From assembly GCA_965215615.1 (NCBI GenBank), contig OZ244068.1, forward strand, positions 1,159,596-1,223,595: 64,000 bases of DNA, read 5' to 3'. Below the pieces are notes generated by a model. That model ran no database searches. It saw only the letters and a program-made list of their open reading frames with translations, and was not told the DNA's origin. Below are positions 38,431 through 48,080 of the stretch, in pieces; the first letter of the stretch is position 1; each line of letters starts with the position of its first letter. This DNA comes from Vicinamibacteria bacterium. Lineage in GTDB: Bacteria > Acidobacteriota > Vicinamibacteria > Marinacidobacterales > Marinacidobacteraceae. Position numbers and translations under genes: made by a program.

Positions 38431-40017
38431 ATGAACCGTATCCCGTCTTTTTTCCTGTTCCTCTTCGCGGCGTGTGGCGGGGATACTCCCCGGTTCGACG
38501 AAGCGCGGATCCTCGACCAGATCGTGACCCTCTCGTCCGACGAATTCGGCGGCCGGGCACCGGGTTCGCCGGGCGAAGATCTCACCGTGGACTTTCTGAC
38601 CCGCGAGTTCCGCGAGGCGGGAGCCGAGCCGGGCCATCCCGACGGAACCTGGGTCCAGGAGGTGCCGCTCGTCGGCTACACGGTGACGAGCATGGCCGGC
38701 GAGGCCGATCCGGGCGGCGCCTTCGTGCCGGGGACCGACTTCGTCGCCTGGACCCGCCAGGCAGCCGAATCCGCCGAGCCTGCCGGAGACCTCCTCTTCG
38801 TGGGGTACGGGGTTGAGGCTCCCGAGTACGACTGGGATGATTTCGGCGACACCGATCTCACCGGGAAGATCCTCGTGATCCTCGTGAACGATCCGCCGGG
38901 CGACCATCACTTCGGCGGGGTGGCGATGACCTACTACGGGCGCTGGACCTACAAGTTCGAGAAGGCGGCCGAAATGGGCGCGCTCGGGGCGCTCATCGTC
39001 CACGAGACCGGCCCCGCCGGCTATCCGTGGGAGGTAGTCCGTGGCTCCTGGACCGGGGAGCAGTTCGGCCTCGATGTCCCCGAAGCGGCCGATCTGCTGG
39101 AACTGGAAGGGTGGATTTCCCGGGAAAATGCGGTGCGGCTCTTCGAAGCGGCCGGCCACGACTTCGAGGCAGCTCGCGCCGCTGCTGCCGAGTCCGGCTT
39201 CTCCCCGATGGATCTCGGCATCCGGGCCTCCTTCGACCTCGCGCTGACCCGTCGCCGGCTCGATTCCCGGAACGTGGTGGCGCGCATTCCCGGCGCGGTC
39301 GCGCCCGAAGAGACGGTGATCTATTCGGCCCACTGGGATCACCTCGGAACCGCGCCCGACGGGGAAGGGGACCGCATCTACAACGGCGCGATCGATAACG
39401 CCACCGGGACCACCGGCCTGCTCGCGCTCGCGAGAGCGTTTGCTGCGGGGCCCGCACCGCGTCGCAGCATCCTTTTCCTGGCAGTGACCGCCGAAGAACA
39501 GGGGCTCCTCGGGTCGCTCTTTTACGCCGCGAACCCGCTCTACCCGACGCGAAACACGGTGGCGGCCCTCAATCTCGACGGGATGAACGTCTGGGGGCCG
39601 ACCCGCGACATCACGGTGATCGGCCTCGGCCAGTCGGAGCTGGACGCGGTGGCGGAAGAAGTGGCGGCGGCCCAGGGGCGGAGGATCGAGCCCGACCCCG
39701 AGCCCCAGAACGGGTACTACTACCGCTCCGACCACTTCGCCTTCGCGCAGGTCGGGGTCCCGGCTTTCTACGGGGATGGAGGCACGAACTACATCGGTCA
39801 GCCGGAAGGCTACGGCCGCGAAATCCGCGAGCGGTGGCTCGCCGAGCTCTACCACAAGCCCGCCGACGAGGTGGAGCCGGGCTGGACTCTCTCCGGGATG
39901 GTCGAGGATCTGGAGTTCCTCTACCAGATGGGCCGCCGCCTTGCGGATTCCGAAGATTGGCCGGAGTGGAGCGCGACGAGTGAGTTCCGGACGACCCGCG
40001 AAGCCGACCGGCCTTGA
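38431..40017 (+). CDS. M28-family peptidase lipoprotein with a PA domain.
   Basis: Lipobox FLFLFAACGG. ...HWDHLG...NGAIDNATGTTGLLALA...AVTAEEQGLLGS...YHKPADE... shows M28 zinc-ligand motifs. Confidence 0.75.
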   Translation: MNRIPSFFLFLFAACGGDTPRFDEARILDQIVTLSSDEFGGRAPGSPGEDLTVDFLTREFREAGAEPGHPDGTWVQEVPLVGYTVTSMAGEADPGGAFVPGTDFVAWTRQAAESAEPAGDLLFVGYGVEAPEYDWDDFGDTDLTGKILVILVNDPPGDHHFGGVAMTYYGRWTYKFEKAAEMGALGALIVHETGPAGYPWEVVRGSWTGEQFGLDVPEAADLLELEGWISRENAVRLFEAAGHDFEAARAAAAESGFSPMDLGIRASFDLALTRRRLDSRNVVARIPGAVAPEETVIYSAHWDHLGTAPDGEGDRIYNGAIDNATGTTGLLALARAFAAGPAPRRSILFLAVTAEEQGLLGSLFYAANPLYPTRNTVAALNLDGMNVWGPTRDITVIGLGQSELDAVAEEVAAAQGRRIEPDPEPQNGYYYRSDHFAFAQVGVPAFYGDGGTNYIGQPEGYGREIRERWLAELYHKPADEVEPGWTLSGMVEDLEFLYQMGRRLADSEDWPEWSATSEFRTTREADRP

Positions 40018-41261
40018 CATCCCCGGTGCTCGCCCCCGGCCCGACGGCGGCGGGCGAGCGGATCGTCTTCCTCGATGCGGTACGCGGGGTCGCGCTCGGC
40101 GGCATCCTGCTCGCCAACCTGATGAGCTTCTTCGCCGCCGGGATGCTGGACAGCGCAGCGCGGCTGGAATTGCCTTGGGGCGCTCTGGGCGAGGGGGTGC
40201 TCTTCGCCATCAACTGGCTGGTGGAAGGGAAGTTCTACTCGGTCTTCTCGATCCTGCTGGGCGCGGGATTCATCCTCCAGGCACGGCGCGCCGAGCGGCG
40301 GGCGAGCAGCCGGGAAGAGTTCGAGCGCTTCTTCCGCCGGCGGATGGCGATCCTCACGGCCATCGGGCTGACCCACATGGTCCTGTTCTGGGCGGGCGAC
40401 ATCCTCACCCTCTACGGAATCCTCGGCCTGCTGCTTCCGTGGCTCTGGCGGCTCTCCGGGCGACTCCGGGCTTCGTTCATCCTCGTCCTCCTTCTCGTCC
40501 CGCTCGGGACGCACGCTCTGGTGGTCGCCTCGGACGGCCGGCTGGATCCGCGCGCTCCCTTCGCTTCTGCTTCCGCCGAAGTTCGCGACCGGATCGGCGC
40601 GGGAGACCGGGAGAGTCTCGACCTGTTCGCCCGCGGCTCGGTTGGGGACTACCTCTCGTGGAACGTTCCCTACGCGATGACGAGGCCCGGCACCTACCTG
40701 CAGGGTGGCCGTCCCGCCAAGGTGCTCGCGCTGTTCCTGCTCGGCGCGTGGCTCGCCGCCTTCGTCCTGCCGCGCCTTGACACCTTCCGAACGTCGTTGA
40801 TCGCAGTGGCGGTGATCGGCGGGATCCTGGGCCTCGCTTCGAGCGCGGTCTATGCGAGCATCAAGATGTCCACCGGCTCGACTTTCATGGTCTCGGACAT
40901 CGGGCTCCTCCAGACCATCGCCTATACGCTCGGAACCACCCCGCTCGCGCTCGCCTGTCTGGCCGCCGCCGTGCTCGCCTGGCGGACCCGCGCCCTGCGA
41001 GCGGCGCTCGACTGGTTCGCCCCGCTCGGGCGCATGGCGCTCACCATCTATCTGACACAGACGGTGATCCAGCTCCTCGTCTTCACGGGCGTGGGCTTCG
41101 GCCTGGCCGGCCGAGTGTCCTTCGTGTGGCTCCCGGTCGTGGCGGCCACGATCCTGATCGTCCAGCGGTTCGCCTGCGTCTTCTGGCTGGGGCGTCATCC
41201 GCAAGGCCCGGTGGAGTGGCTCTGGCGGCGCTTTGCGTACGGCGGTCGTCTCGCGGGTTGA
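40014..41261 (+). CDS. DUF418/YeiB-family integral membrane protein.
   Basis: ...FLDAVRGVALGGILLANLMSF... followed by multiple TM segments typical of DUF418. TTG start overlaps the upstream stop. Confidence 0.55.
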   Translation: MTSPVLAPGPTAAGERIVFLDAVRGVALGGILLANLMSFFAAGMLDSAARLELPWGALGEGVLFAINWLVEGKFYSVFSILLGAGFILQARRAERRASSREEFERFFRRRMAILTAIGLTHMVLFWAGDILTLYGILGLLLPWLWRLSGRLRASFILVLLLVPLGTHALVVASDGRLDPRAPFASASAEVRDRIGAGDRESLDLFARGSVGDYLSWNVPYAMTRPGTYLQGGRPAKVLALFLLGAWLAAFVLPRLDTFRTSLIAVAVIGGILGLASSAVYASIKMSTGSTFMVSDIGLLQTIAYTLGTTPLALACLAAAVLAWRTRALRAALDWFAPLGRMALTIYLTQTVIQLLVFTGVGFGLAGRVSFVWLPVVAATILIVQRFACVFWLGRHPQGPVEWLWRRFAYGGRLAG

Positions 41262-41284
41262 AGAAGCTAGACTCGCTGCGACTC

Positions 41285-41557
41285 ATGGATCGGACGCGCG
41301 TCTTCTTCGGCCGGCTGGCCGGGATTCTGCTTCCGCCGCTGCTGCTGTTCAGCGCAGTCGAAGCCGTCGCGCACGCGGAGCATGAAGACTCGCACGAGTG
41401 CGTCGTCTGCCACGCCGGCCACCAGGCTGCGGTTCTCGAAAGCGCGCCCCGGGCGGCATTCGATCGGATCCCGGATCGGGTCGAACCGGAAGTCGGAACG
41501 CCCCGTCCGGTCGTCCGTCGCGCGCTCCGCCGTCCCGCTCGCGCTCCTCCCGCGTAG
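41285..41557 (+). CDS. Small secreted protein with a single CxxCH motif.
   Basis: Signal peptide ...GILLPPLLLFSAVEAVAHA, then EHEDSHECVVCHAGHQ.... About 90 aa, directly upstream of a TonB-dependent receptor gene. Confidence 0.4.
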   Translation: MDRTRVFFGRLAGILLPPLLLFSAVEAVAHAEHEDSHECVVCHAGHQAAVLESAPRAAFDRIPDRVEPEVGTPRPVVRRALRRPARAPPA

Positions 41558-41739
41558 TTCCGAAAACCCGCCCCGCCCGCTTGTCTGGGGCCGGCGCGCC
41601 CGCGGTTTCTCCGTGCGCGTTTCAGGCGGATTCGCGCTCTTCGCCTTTCCGGGCGTGAGATCCGTCTCCCAGGGGTGGGGTGTCTGCCGGAACAACTCTG
41701 TAACGACTCTTTTTGAGGGGCGAAGATCGGGAGAAAAAC

Positions 41740-44205
41740 GTGTACCGATTCCTTTTCAGATATCTGCTGGCGGTCGGGATGGCCGCCCTTCCCCTTGCGT
41801 CGGCAGCGGCGCAGGATGACGGTGCGGTGCGCGGCACCGTCACATATGCGGACACGAGTGCCCCGGTGGTGGGCGCGGTGGTCCGGATTCCCGCCAGCGG
41901 AGCGTCGGCTGCGACCGATGCCGAGGGGCGTTTCGAGATCGGCGGACTCGCCGCCGGCGACTACGAGATCGTCGTGGAGCAGGGCCTGCTCACGAGCGAC
42001 CGGCGGATGGTGTCGGTGGCTTCCGGCGAGACGACGACCGCTGACTTCCGGATTCGCTCCGGGGTTGCGGAGAGCGTCACCGTCTTCGGCCGCACCGTCG
42101 GAGATCTGGGGCTCGCCGGGCGCGCCCCGTCCGCCAGCCGGCTCGACCTGCGACCCATCGACATCCCCGCCTCGGTGGATGTGGTGGACAGCGCGGTCAT
42201 GGAGGCCCGCGGCTACCAGAAGGTCAGCGACGCAGTCGGCCGCACGGCGGGCGCGATCGTTGGCGAGCATGCCACCGCTCCCTCGTCCTTCTCGATGCGA
42301 GGCTTCACGGGTTCGCAGGTAGCCGTGCTCCGCGACGGCATCTGGCTCGGGCCGAGCCCGATGGTGATGCGCCCCCAGAACACCTTCAACCTCGCCCGGG
42401 TGGAAGTCATGCGCGGCCCGTCATCGGTGGTGAACGGTCAGGGTTCGGTGGCCGGCGCGGTCAACAGCGTCACCAAGTCCGCCGAGCCGATCGCCACGAC
42501 AACCGGGAGCGCGCTCGTTTCCTACGGCAGCTTCAACACTTCGCTCGCCGCGCTCGGAGTCACCGGCCCGATCAGCGACACGCTCTGGTACCGACTGGAT
42601 GCGAGCCGCGGCGGTTCGGACGGCTACGTGGATCGCATGGATTCCGGCTCGCTCAACCTCACCGGAAGCGTCCTGTGGCGCCCCGACCCCCGGTTCCGGT
42701 TCAAGCTGAGCGTGGATTATCTGGACGACGACCTCCCGAAATACTTCGGCACTCCGCTCGTCCCCCGCAGCTTCGCCGCCGAGCCGCTCGACGTGCTGGA
42801 TGCAGCGACCGGCGAGGCGGTTGACGGGCGGATGCGGTTTCTCAACTACAACGTGGAGGACGGATTCGCCCGTTCCGATCAGACCCTGGTCCGGGCCGAT
42901 ATCGCCTGGGATGTGAGCGACCGCGTGACCCTCAACAACATCACCTACGGATTCGATGCGATGCGCGGATGGCAGAACGCGGAGGGCTACGTCTTTTGCG
43001 CGGAAGTCGTGGACGTCTGCCAGACCGTCGGCTCCATCCAGCGCTACTACGGCTACTTCATCATCGACCACGAACAGCGGCTCTACGGGAACCGGACCAC
43101 GCTCAACCTGGAGCACGATCTCGGAGGCCTCGAAAACGATGCCGTCTTCGGTGCCGAGTTCTCGACTCTCGACTTCAAGCGGACCCGCGGTTTTCGCCGG
43201 CAGGTTCCGATTGCGCCGGGAGATGCCGTGGATCCGCTGAACCCGGTCCCCGGCGTGTATGGACAAAGGGAGCTTCGGGGCATCAGCCCCACTGCCATCG
43301 AGTCCTGGGCGGTGTTCGTGGAGGATTCGCTGGCGCTGACCGACCGCCTGCGACTCGCGGGCGGGCTGCGGTACGACGGCTTGGACCTGGACCGCAAGAA
43401 CACGAGCCCCACCGGCGAGCCGGAGGGAGGAGGCTTCGAGCGGGAATACCGGTGGTGGAGCTGGCGTGCCGGCGCGGTGCTGAACCTGCTTCCCGACCTG
43501 GTGGCGTTCGGGCAGTTCAGCAACGCCAAGGATCCGGTCAGTTCGAACTTTTTCCTGGTGAACTCCAATCAGGACTTCGACCTGACGGATACCGTCCAGT
43601 GGGAGGTGGGGGTCAAGGCCGATCTCGACAGCGGCCGCTCGCAATTGACCCTCTCCTGGTTCGACATCACCCGGGACGACGTGCTGGAGCGCTTTTCGCT
43701 CGACAGCGTGACGAACCTCGGCGGGATCGCCTCCCGGGGACTCGAATTCACGAGCGCCCTCCAGGCCGCGCCGAACGCGCGCCTCGGCCTGAATCTGGGC
43801 TACCTCGAATCGGAGTTCCGCGCCTCGCCCAACTTCGAGAAATTCGCCGGCAACCGGCCTCCCAACGTGCCGAACGTGACGGCCAATGTCTGGGCCAGCT
43901 ACGAGAACATCGCCGGGCTGCCGCTCGAGATCGGTGCTTCCGGCCGCCATGTCGGCGAGCGGTTCGCGAACAACTCCAACCAGATCGCGATGAAGGCCTA
44001 CACCCTCGGCGATGTCTATGCGTCGTGGACCCAGAGCGAGCGGGTACGCCTGACCTTCCGGGTGGACAACGTCACCGATACCGTGTACGCGGTCTGGTCG
44101 GATCCCTACTACGTGAGCCAGACCTCTCCGTCGTTCCTCTACTCGAACCAGTTGATGATCGGCGCGCCGCGGAGCTTCTCGGTCACGCTGCAGGCCGGCT
44201 TCTGA
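41740..44205 (+). CDS. TonB-dependent outer-membrane receptor with an N-terminal carboxypeptidase-regulatory-like domain.
   Basis: Signal peptide, CarbopepD_reg-like ...GTVTYADTSAPVVGAVVRIPASG...EGRFEIGGLAAGDYEI..., plug and barrel sequence, and a C-terminal ...SVTLQAGF with terminal aromatic. Start taken at GTG 41740. Confidence 0.8.
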   Translation: MYRFLFRYLLAVGMAALPLASAAAQDDGAVRGTVTYADTSAPVVGAVVRIPASGASAATDAEGRFEIGGLAAGDYEIVVEQGLLTSDRRMVSVASGETTTADFRIRSGVAESVTVFGRTVGDLGLAGRAPSASRLDLRPIDIPASVDVVDSAVMEARGYQKVSDAVGRTAGAIVGEHATAPSSFSMRGFTGSQVAVLRDGIWLGPSPMVMRPQNTFNLARVEVMRGPSSVVNGQGSVAGAVNSVTKSAEPIATTTGSALVSYGSFNTSLAALGVTGPISDTLWYRLDASRGGSDGYVDRMDSGSLNLTGSVLWRPDPRFRFKLSVDYLDDDLPKYFGTPLVPRSFAAEPLDVLDAATGEAVDGRMRFLNYNVEDGFARSDQTLVRADIAWDVSDRVTLNNITYGFDAMRGWQNAEGYVFCAEVVDVCQTVGSIQRYYGYFIIDHEQRLYGNRTTLNLEHDLGGLENDAVFGAEFSTLDFKRTRGFRRQVPIAPGDAVDPLNPVPGVYGQRELRGISPTAIESWAVFVEDSLALTDRLRLAGGLRYDGLDLDRKNTSPTGEPEGGGFEREYRWWSWRAGAVLNLLPDLVAFGQFSNAKDPVSSNFFLVNSNQDFDLTDTVQWEVGVKADLDSGRSQLTLSWFDITRDDVLERFSLDSVTNLGGIASRGLEFTSALQAAPNARLGLNLGYLESEFRASPNFEKFAGNRPPNVPNVTANVWASYENIAGLPLEIGASGRHVGERFANNSNQIAMKAYTLGDVYASWTQSERVRLTFRVDNVTDTVYAVWSDPYYVSQTSPSFLYSNQLMIGAPRSFSVTLQAGF

Positions 44206-44216
44206 CCGACCACCCC

Positions 44217-44249
44217 TGCCGGGAGCTGCCCCCTCGCGGCTCCCGGCAG
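44217..44249 (+). terminator. GC-rich hairpin after the TonB receptor gene (CTGCCGGGAGC-N11-GCTCCCGGCAG) with no U-tract. The island's left boundary follows.
   Basis: Seen directly: an 11-bp perfect inverted repeat. Confidence 0.35.
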
Positions 44250-44323
44250 GCAGTCACCCCCCCGCAGCGGGTACGGCTCGCTAGTTGAGGTAAAGACTAT
44301 ACGAAAAGTGCTATGCTTTTGGA

Positions 44324-47300
44324 ATGAATACTACTTCAGTCGATGTGAAGCACTCTGATCTGAAGGCGCTGCGCTTGCGACTCGGAACGACCCAGGCGGC
44401 ACTGGCTCGCACTGTCGGTGTTGTTCCGAACACTCTTGCCCGTTGGGAGCGTGGCGAGCTCCCGATCCCTGCCTGGGCAGTTCAGCGTCTGGAGGCTGCA
44501 TCCAGCGCCGGATCGTCTGGCCGGGCCGTCACACGTGGGGTCGTGCTCGATCCACACCACAAGGCGATCCTGGATGCGTTGAATGCTGACCTCGACCCAG
44601 CAGTATTCGAGGCTTGCGCGACAGACCTTCTTCGCTGCCGCTGGCCAACCCTCGTCGCCATTCGGGGGGGCCACGACCACGGATTCGACGGCACGGTTGC
44701 CGATCCGACAGGGCACTCAAAGTTCCCGCTCATCGCGACAACAGCCAAAGATCTGACTGGCAACCTGCGTCGGAACCTGCGTCGAGCACGAGAGTTGAAC
44801 CCGGCACTGGATCGAGCCCTGTTCGCGACATCGAGAGTTGTGACGCCGCGCATGCGAGAAAAGCTCCAAGACCAGGCGAGGGATGTGGAGGTGACACTGG
44901 TACAAATCTATGACCAGGACTGGTTCGCGCTAGAGCTATACCGGAAGCCTGAATGGTGCAAGCGCCTCCTTAGAGTGACGGGACGCCCCTCTGCCCTGAG
45001 TCAGTTCCCGAAATCACAACGGCCCGTCTTGGGGGATGAAATCCTGGGTCGCGAACGCGTCATGCGGTGGCTGCTTGAGCGTTCTGGCGATTGCCTTCTG
45101 GTGGGGTCGCCCGGCTCGGGCAAGACCTTTGTGTTGCGGGGTCTCGTGCAACAGGGGAGGGCGCTCTTCCTGGTTGACGATGATCGAACCCAGGTTGCCA
45201 ATGACTTGCGCGAGCTAAGGCCACCGGCCGTCATCCTGGATGATGCTCATGTCGATCCGGACCGGGTAGACTGGTTCAGGCATCTTCGGCAGGAAGTGGG
45301 TTCCGATGCCCGCATCATCGCGACGACTTGGCCGAGCCGAGCCTCTAAACTCAGGACCGCCTTGGGGATCAGCACCGACGACGTGCGGAATCTGGATTCA
45401 CCTGATGACCTGATCGACGCGGACACGATGATTGAAATCATCAAATCGACTGGCCTCACAGGGCCGGATGAGCTTCTCCGCTGCATTCGTCTCCAGGCAC
45501 CTGAGCGGCCTGGTCTCGTCGCAACGCTCGCGTATCTCTGTCGGGCAGGAGATTTTCGTCAAGTCGTGAGCGGAGAGGCGCTCGTTGATCAACTGGCTCC
45601 TCAACTCGAAAAAATGATCGACTCCGACGCTCTCCTACACATGTTGGCACCGTTCGCTCTGGGCGGAGATGCCGGTGTGCGCCCGGAGCGCGTTGCGGGA
45701 GCTCTCGGCAAGTCATTGTTTGATGTGTCCAAGGCTCTCGCGCGGCTTGGTCCGGCCGGGATCCTGAAGGAGTTGCCTACGGCCGCTGACACGGGCATCG
45801 CCGACGATCTCGAGGTATCGCATCAAGCAGCGCCTGTATCAGTGGTCCCGGCCCCGTTCCGCTGGGTCTTGGTGCGACGCATCTTCTTCGGTGGTGTCGG
45901 CTCGCTCCCACTCGATCGGTTCTTGGCTCTTGTGGAACGTACGGAGGATGCACTGGACACGTTGATGGGTGCTCGCGCACGTGGGGCACCGATTCCAGAC
46001 CTCGAGCATCGTCTTGAGCGCGAGGCCGCACGGCTTCCCGACCATTCGTCGTCGCGCCTCTGGTCGAAATACGCGTCGCTTGGACCATCGGAGGCGCGTT
46101 ACGTGGTGGAACGCCATCCTGATCGGCTGCCGGCGGTTGCCCACGAGGCGCTGGAGCAAGCTCCCGAAAGTGTGATTCCGTTACTGCTTGACCTCTTGTG
46201 TACGGGGGAAGATGCGAGGGTCGTGGATTCGCTACCCGAGAAGCCTTGGGAGATTTTGACCAGATGGGCCAATGGTTCGTCGCCTGGTAGGAGAGATTTG
46301 CGCCACCGGCGCTCCTCATTGCTCCATGCCGCGAACGCGTGGCGAGCTCGTGGTGGCGATCCGAATGTTGCGATTCGCGCCATGTGCATTGCACTCGCAC
46401 CAGGTTCCGACTATGTCACGGTCGATCCAGGAGCCGGTCGAACCGTGACTCTCCACCACGAGCTGCTCATTCCAAGTCATATCGAATCTCTCAAGGAGGA
46501 GCTGTGGCCGAGTGTTCGAGAGGCGATCACCGAGACGGGACGCGCACCGTGGAAAAACTTGATGGATATTGCGCGCGGATGGTTGAATCCTTTCCTTCCG
46601 TCCGGCGAAGACGTGCTCGAAGAAATCCGATTGGCCATGAGATCATTTGGAGATCGCTTGCTCCAGGACATGGCAGATGTCTCGCGAATACATCCTGGGG
46701 TTCAGCATCGACTCAAAGTAATGGCGAAGCGGGCAGGCTTGGATCTCCACGTGACGCTGGATCCAACCTTTGAGACACTTTATGGAGAACTTGAGCCAGA
46801 TGAAGTAGATGAAATGATGCGGATGGATTCAACGAACAGCCTTGTGGAAACATGGGAACGCCAATCAGTTCAAGAAATAACAAGAAAACTCAAGCAGATG
46901 GAGTCAGAGGCGAATCTGGCAGGCATTCGGCACCCTCGTTGGTCACCCTATCTGTGCGAACAACTGGCCATGCGTATCTCCAATCCGGTCGTGGTCGCCG
47001 AGTTATTCCTGGACAGCCAACTCCCGGCTGACCTTGTCGCACCCTTCATCCGTCAAGTCGTGACCATGAACGGCCCGAGGTGGCCAGAAGTGGCACGCCG
47101 GTGCCTCGGAACAGCCGACTATCAGGTGCTTGGAATCCAAGCTGTCCTTATCAGCAGTTCGCCGCCTCCTGATCTCTTGGCTACCGCTTTGGGTGTAGCC
47201 AAGTACTTCCCTCACTTGATTCATACATTTTGTCTTCGACGCGAGGTGCCACTTGGCACGCTCAAGACGATGTTCCATTCTGAGGATGCCAGAGTTGCTG

Positions 47301-48001
47301 TGGCTGCTGCTATCGGCTACTGGTGTGGTCACCGACTTGAGGCGAACGACGATTGTCCACCACCACCGGAAGGATGGCGGGAGGCGGTTCTTCGCGCACC
47401 GGCAGACGAGGCGGGGGTGTCCCAGCATGAGGAGTACTGGCTGAGCCAGGTTTTGTTGCAGGACGGGCGCTTGGCGGAGGAATGGTTGCTGTCAAAATTC
47501 GGCGAGGAAGATCACAATGCCGCATCGTGGAGTGTTGAGCAAATCGGCATCAAGATCCTTCCAGCGTTGGACACGAGACAGCGATCTCGTGTTCTGGCGG
47601 CCATGCGTCCGGGTTTCCATGGCGACGAATTCGTCAGACATCTCGTGGCGAATGATCTTGAGCTTTATCGGGAACTCCTTGGGATCGAGCACCTCGCGCC
47701 ATTTCATCTTTCGCCGCTGGCCGGCAAGCCCGACAGTACAGGTTGGCGCGCCAAGGTGAAACTCGCTCTGGCGAAGGGCTTCGCGATCGAGAAAATCACC
47801 CGAGCGACTCTCGGGCGGTGGAATTCCTGGTCAGGAAACGAAAGCGAGATGTGGGCCGGATGGCGACGCTCGTTTGCTGCGTTGATCGATGACGTCGACC
47901 ATGACGTCGCAAGCATCGGCCAGTATGGAGTCGAGATTACGAAGCGCGATGAGGATCGGACACTTATGGGAGAACGCTACGAAGCAGTACACGGCATGTA
48001 G
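44324..48001 (+). CDS. 1225-aa multidomain protein: XRE-type HTH, Mrr-like (PD-(D/E)xK) nuclease fold, P-loop NTPase, and a roughly 800-aa alpha-helical C-terminal domain. Avs/STAND-like candidate antiphage gene.
   Basis: aa 10-55 ...LKALRLRLGTTQAALARTVGVVPNTLARWERGE... (HTH_XRE). aa 95-200 FEACATDLLRC...GGHDHGFDGTV...LIATTAKD...LFATSRVVTP...VEVTLV (Mrr_cat-like). Walker A LLVGSPGSGKT and Walker B AVILDDAH. Long helical C-terminus. Locally lower GC (about 58%). Confidence 0.6.
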   Translation: MNTTSVDVKHSDLKALRLRLGTTQAALARTVGVVPNTLARWERGELPIPAWAVQRLEAASSAGSSGRAVTRGVVLDPHHKAILDALNADLDPAVFEACATDLLRCRWPTLVAIRGGHDHGFDGTVADPTGHSKFPLIATTAKDLTGNLRRNLRRARELNPALDRALFATSRVVTPRMREKLQDQARDVEVTLVQIYDQDWFALELYRKPEWCKRLLRVTGRPSALSQFPKSQRPVLGDEILGRERVMRWLLERSGDCLLVGSPGSGKTFVLRGLVQQGRALFLVDDDRTQVANDLRELRPPAVILDDAHVDPDRVDWFRHLRQEVGSDARIIATTWPSRASKLRTALGISTDDVRNLDSPDDLIDADTMIEIIKSTGLTGPDELLRCIRLQAPERPGLVATLAYLCRAGDFRQVVSGEALVDQLAPQLEKMIDSDALLHMLAPFALGGDAGVRPERVAGALGKSLFDVSKALARLGPAGILKELPTAADTGIADDLEVSHQAAPVSVVPAPFRWVLVRRIFFGGVGSLPLDRFLALVERTEDALDTLMGARARGAPIPDLEHRLEREAARLPDHSSSRLWSKYASLGPSEARYVVERHPDRLPAVAHEALEQAPESVIPLLLDLLCTGEDARVVDSLPEKPWEILTRWANGSSPGRRDLRHRRSSLLHAANAWRARGGDPNVAIRAMCIALAPGSDYVTVDPGAGRTVTLHHELLIPSHIESLKEELWPSVREAITETGRAPWKNLMDIARGWLNPFLPSGEDVLEEIRLAMRSFGDRLLQDMADVSRIHPGVQHRLKVMAKRAGLDLHVTLDPTFETLYGELEPDEVDEMMRMDSTNSLVETWERQSVQEITRKLKQMESEANLAGIRHPRWSPYLCEQLAMRISNPVVVAELFLDSQLPADLVAPFIRQVVTMNGPRWPEVARRCLGTADYQVLGIQAVLISSSPPPDLLATALGVAKYFPHLIHTFCLRREVPLGTLKTMFHSEDARVAVAAAIGYWCGHRLEANDDCPPPPEGWREAVLRAPADEAGVSQHEEYWLSQVLLQDGRLAEEWLLSKFGEEDHNAASWSVEQIGIKILPALDTRQRSRVLAAMRPGFHGDEFVRHLVANDLELYRELLGIEHLAPFHLSPLAGKPDSTGWRAKVKLALAKGFAIEKITRATLGRWNSWSGNESEMWAGWRRSFAALIDDVDHDVASIGQYGVEITKRDEDRTLMGERYEAVHGM

Positions 48002-48080
48002 CCAACGTCATCGAGCTGGGGTACCTGCACCATGGGCCTCATAGCTCGCGAAATGGCATCCGATGTCGGAACGATGGTGT

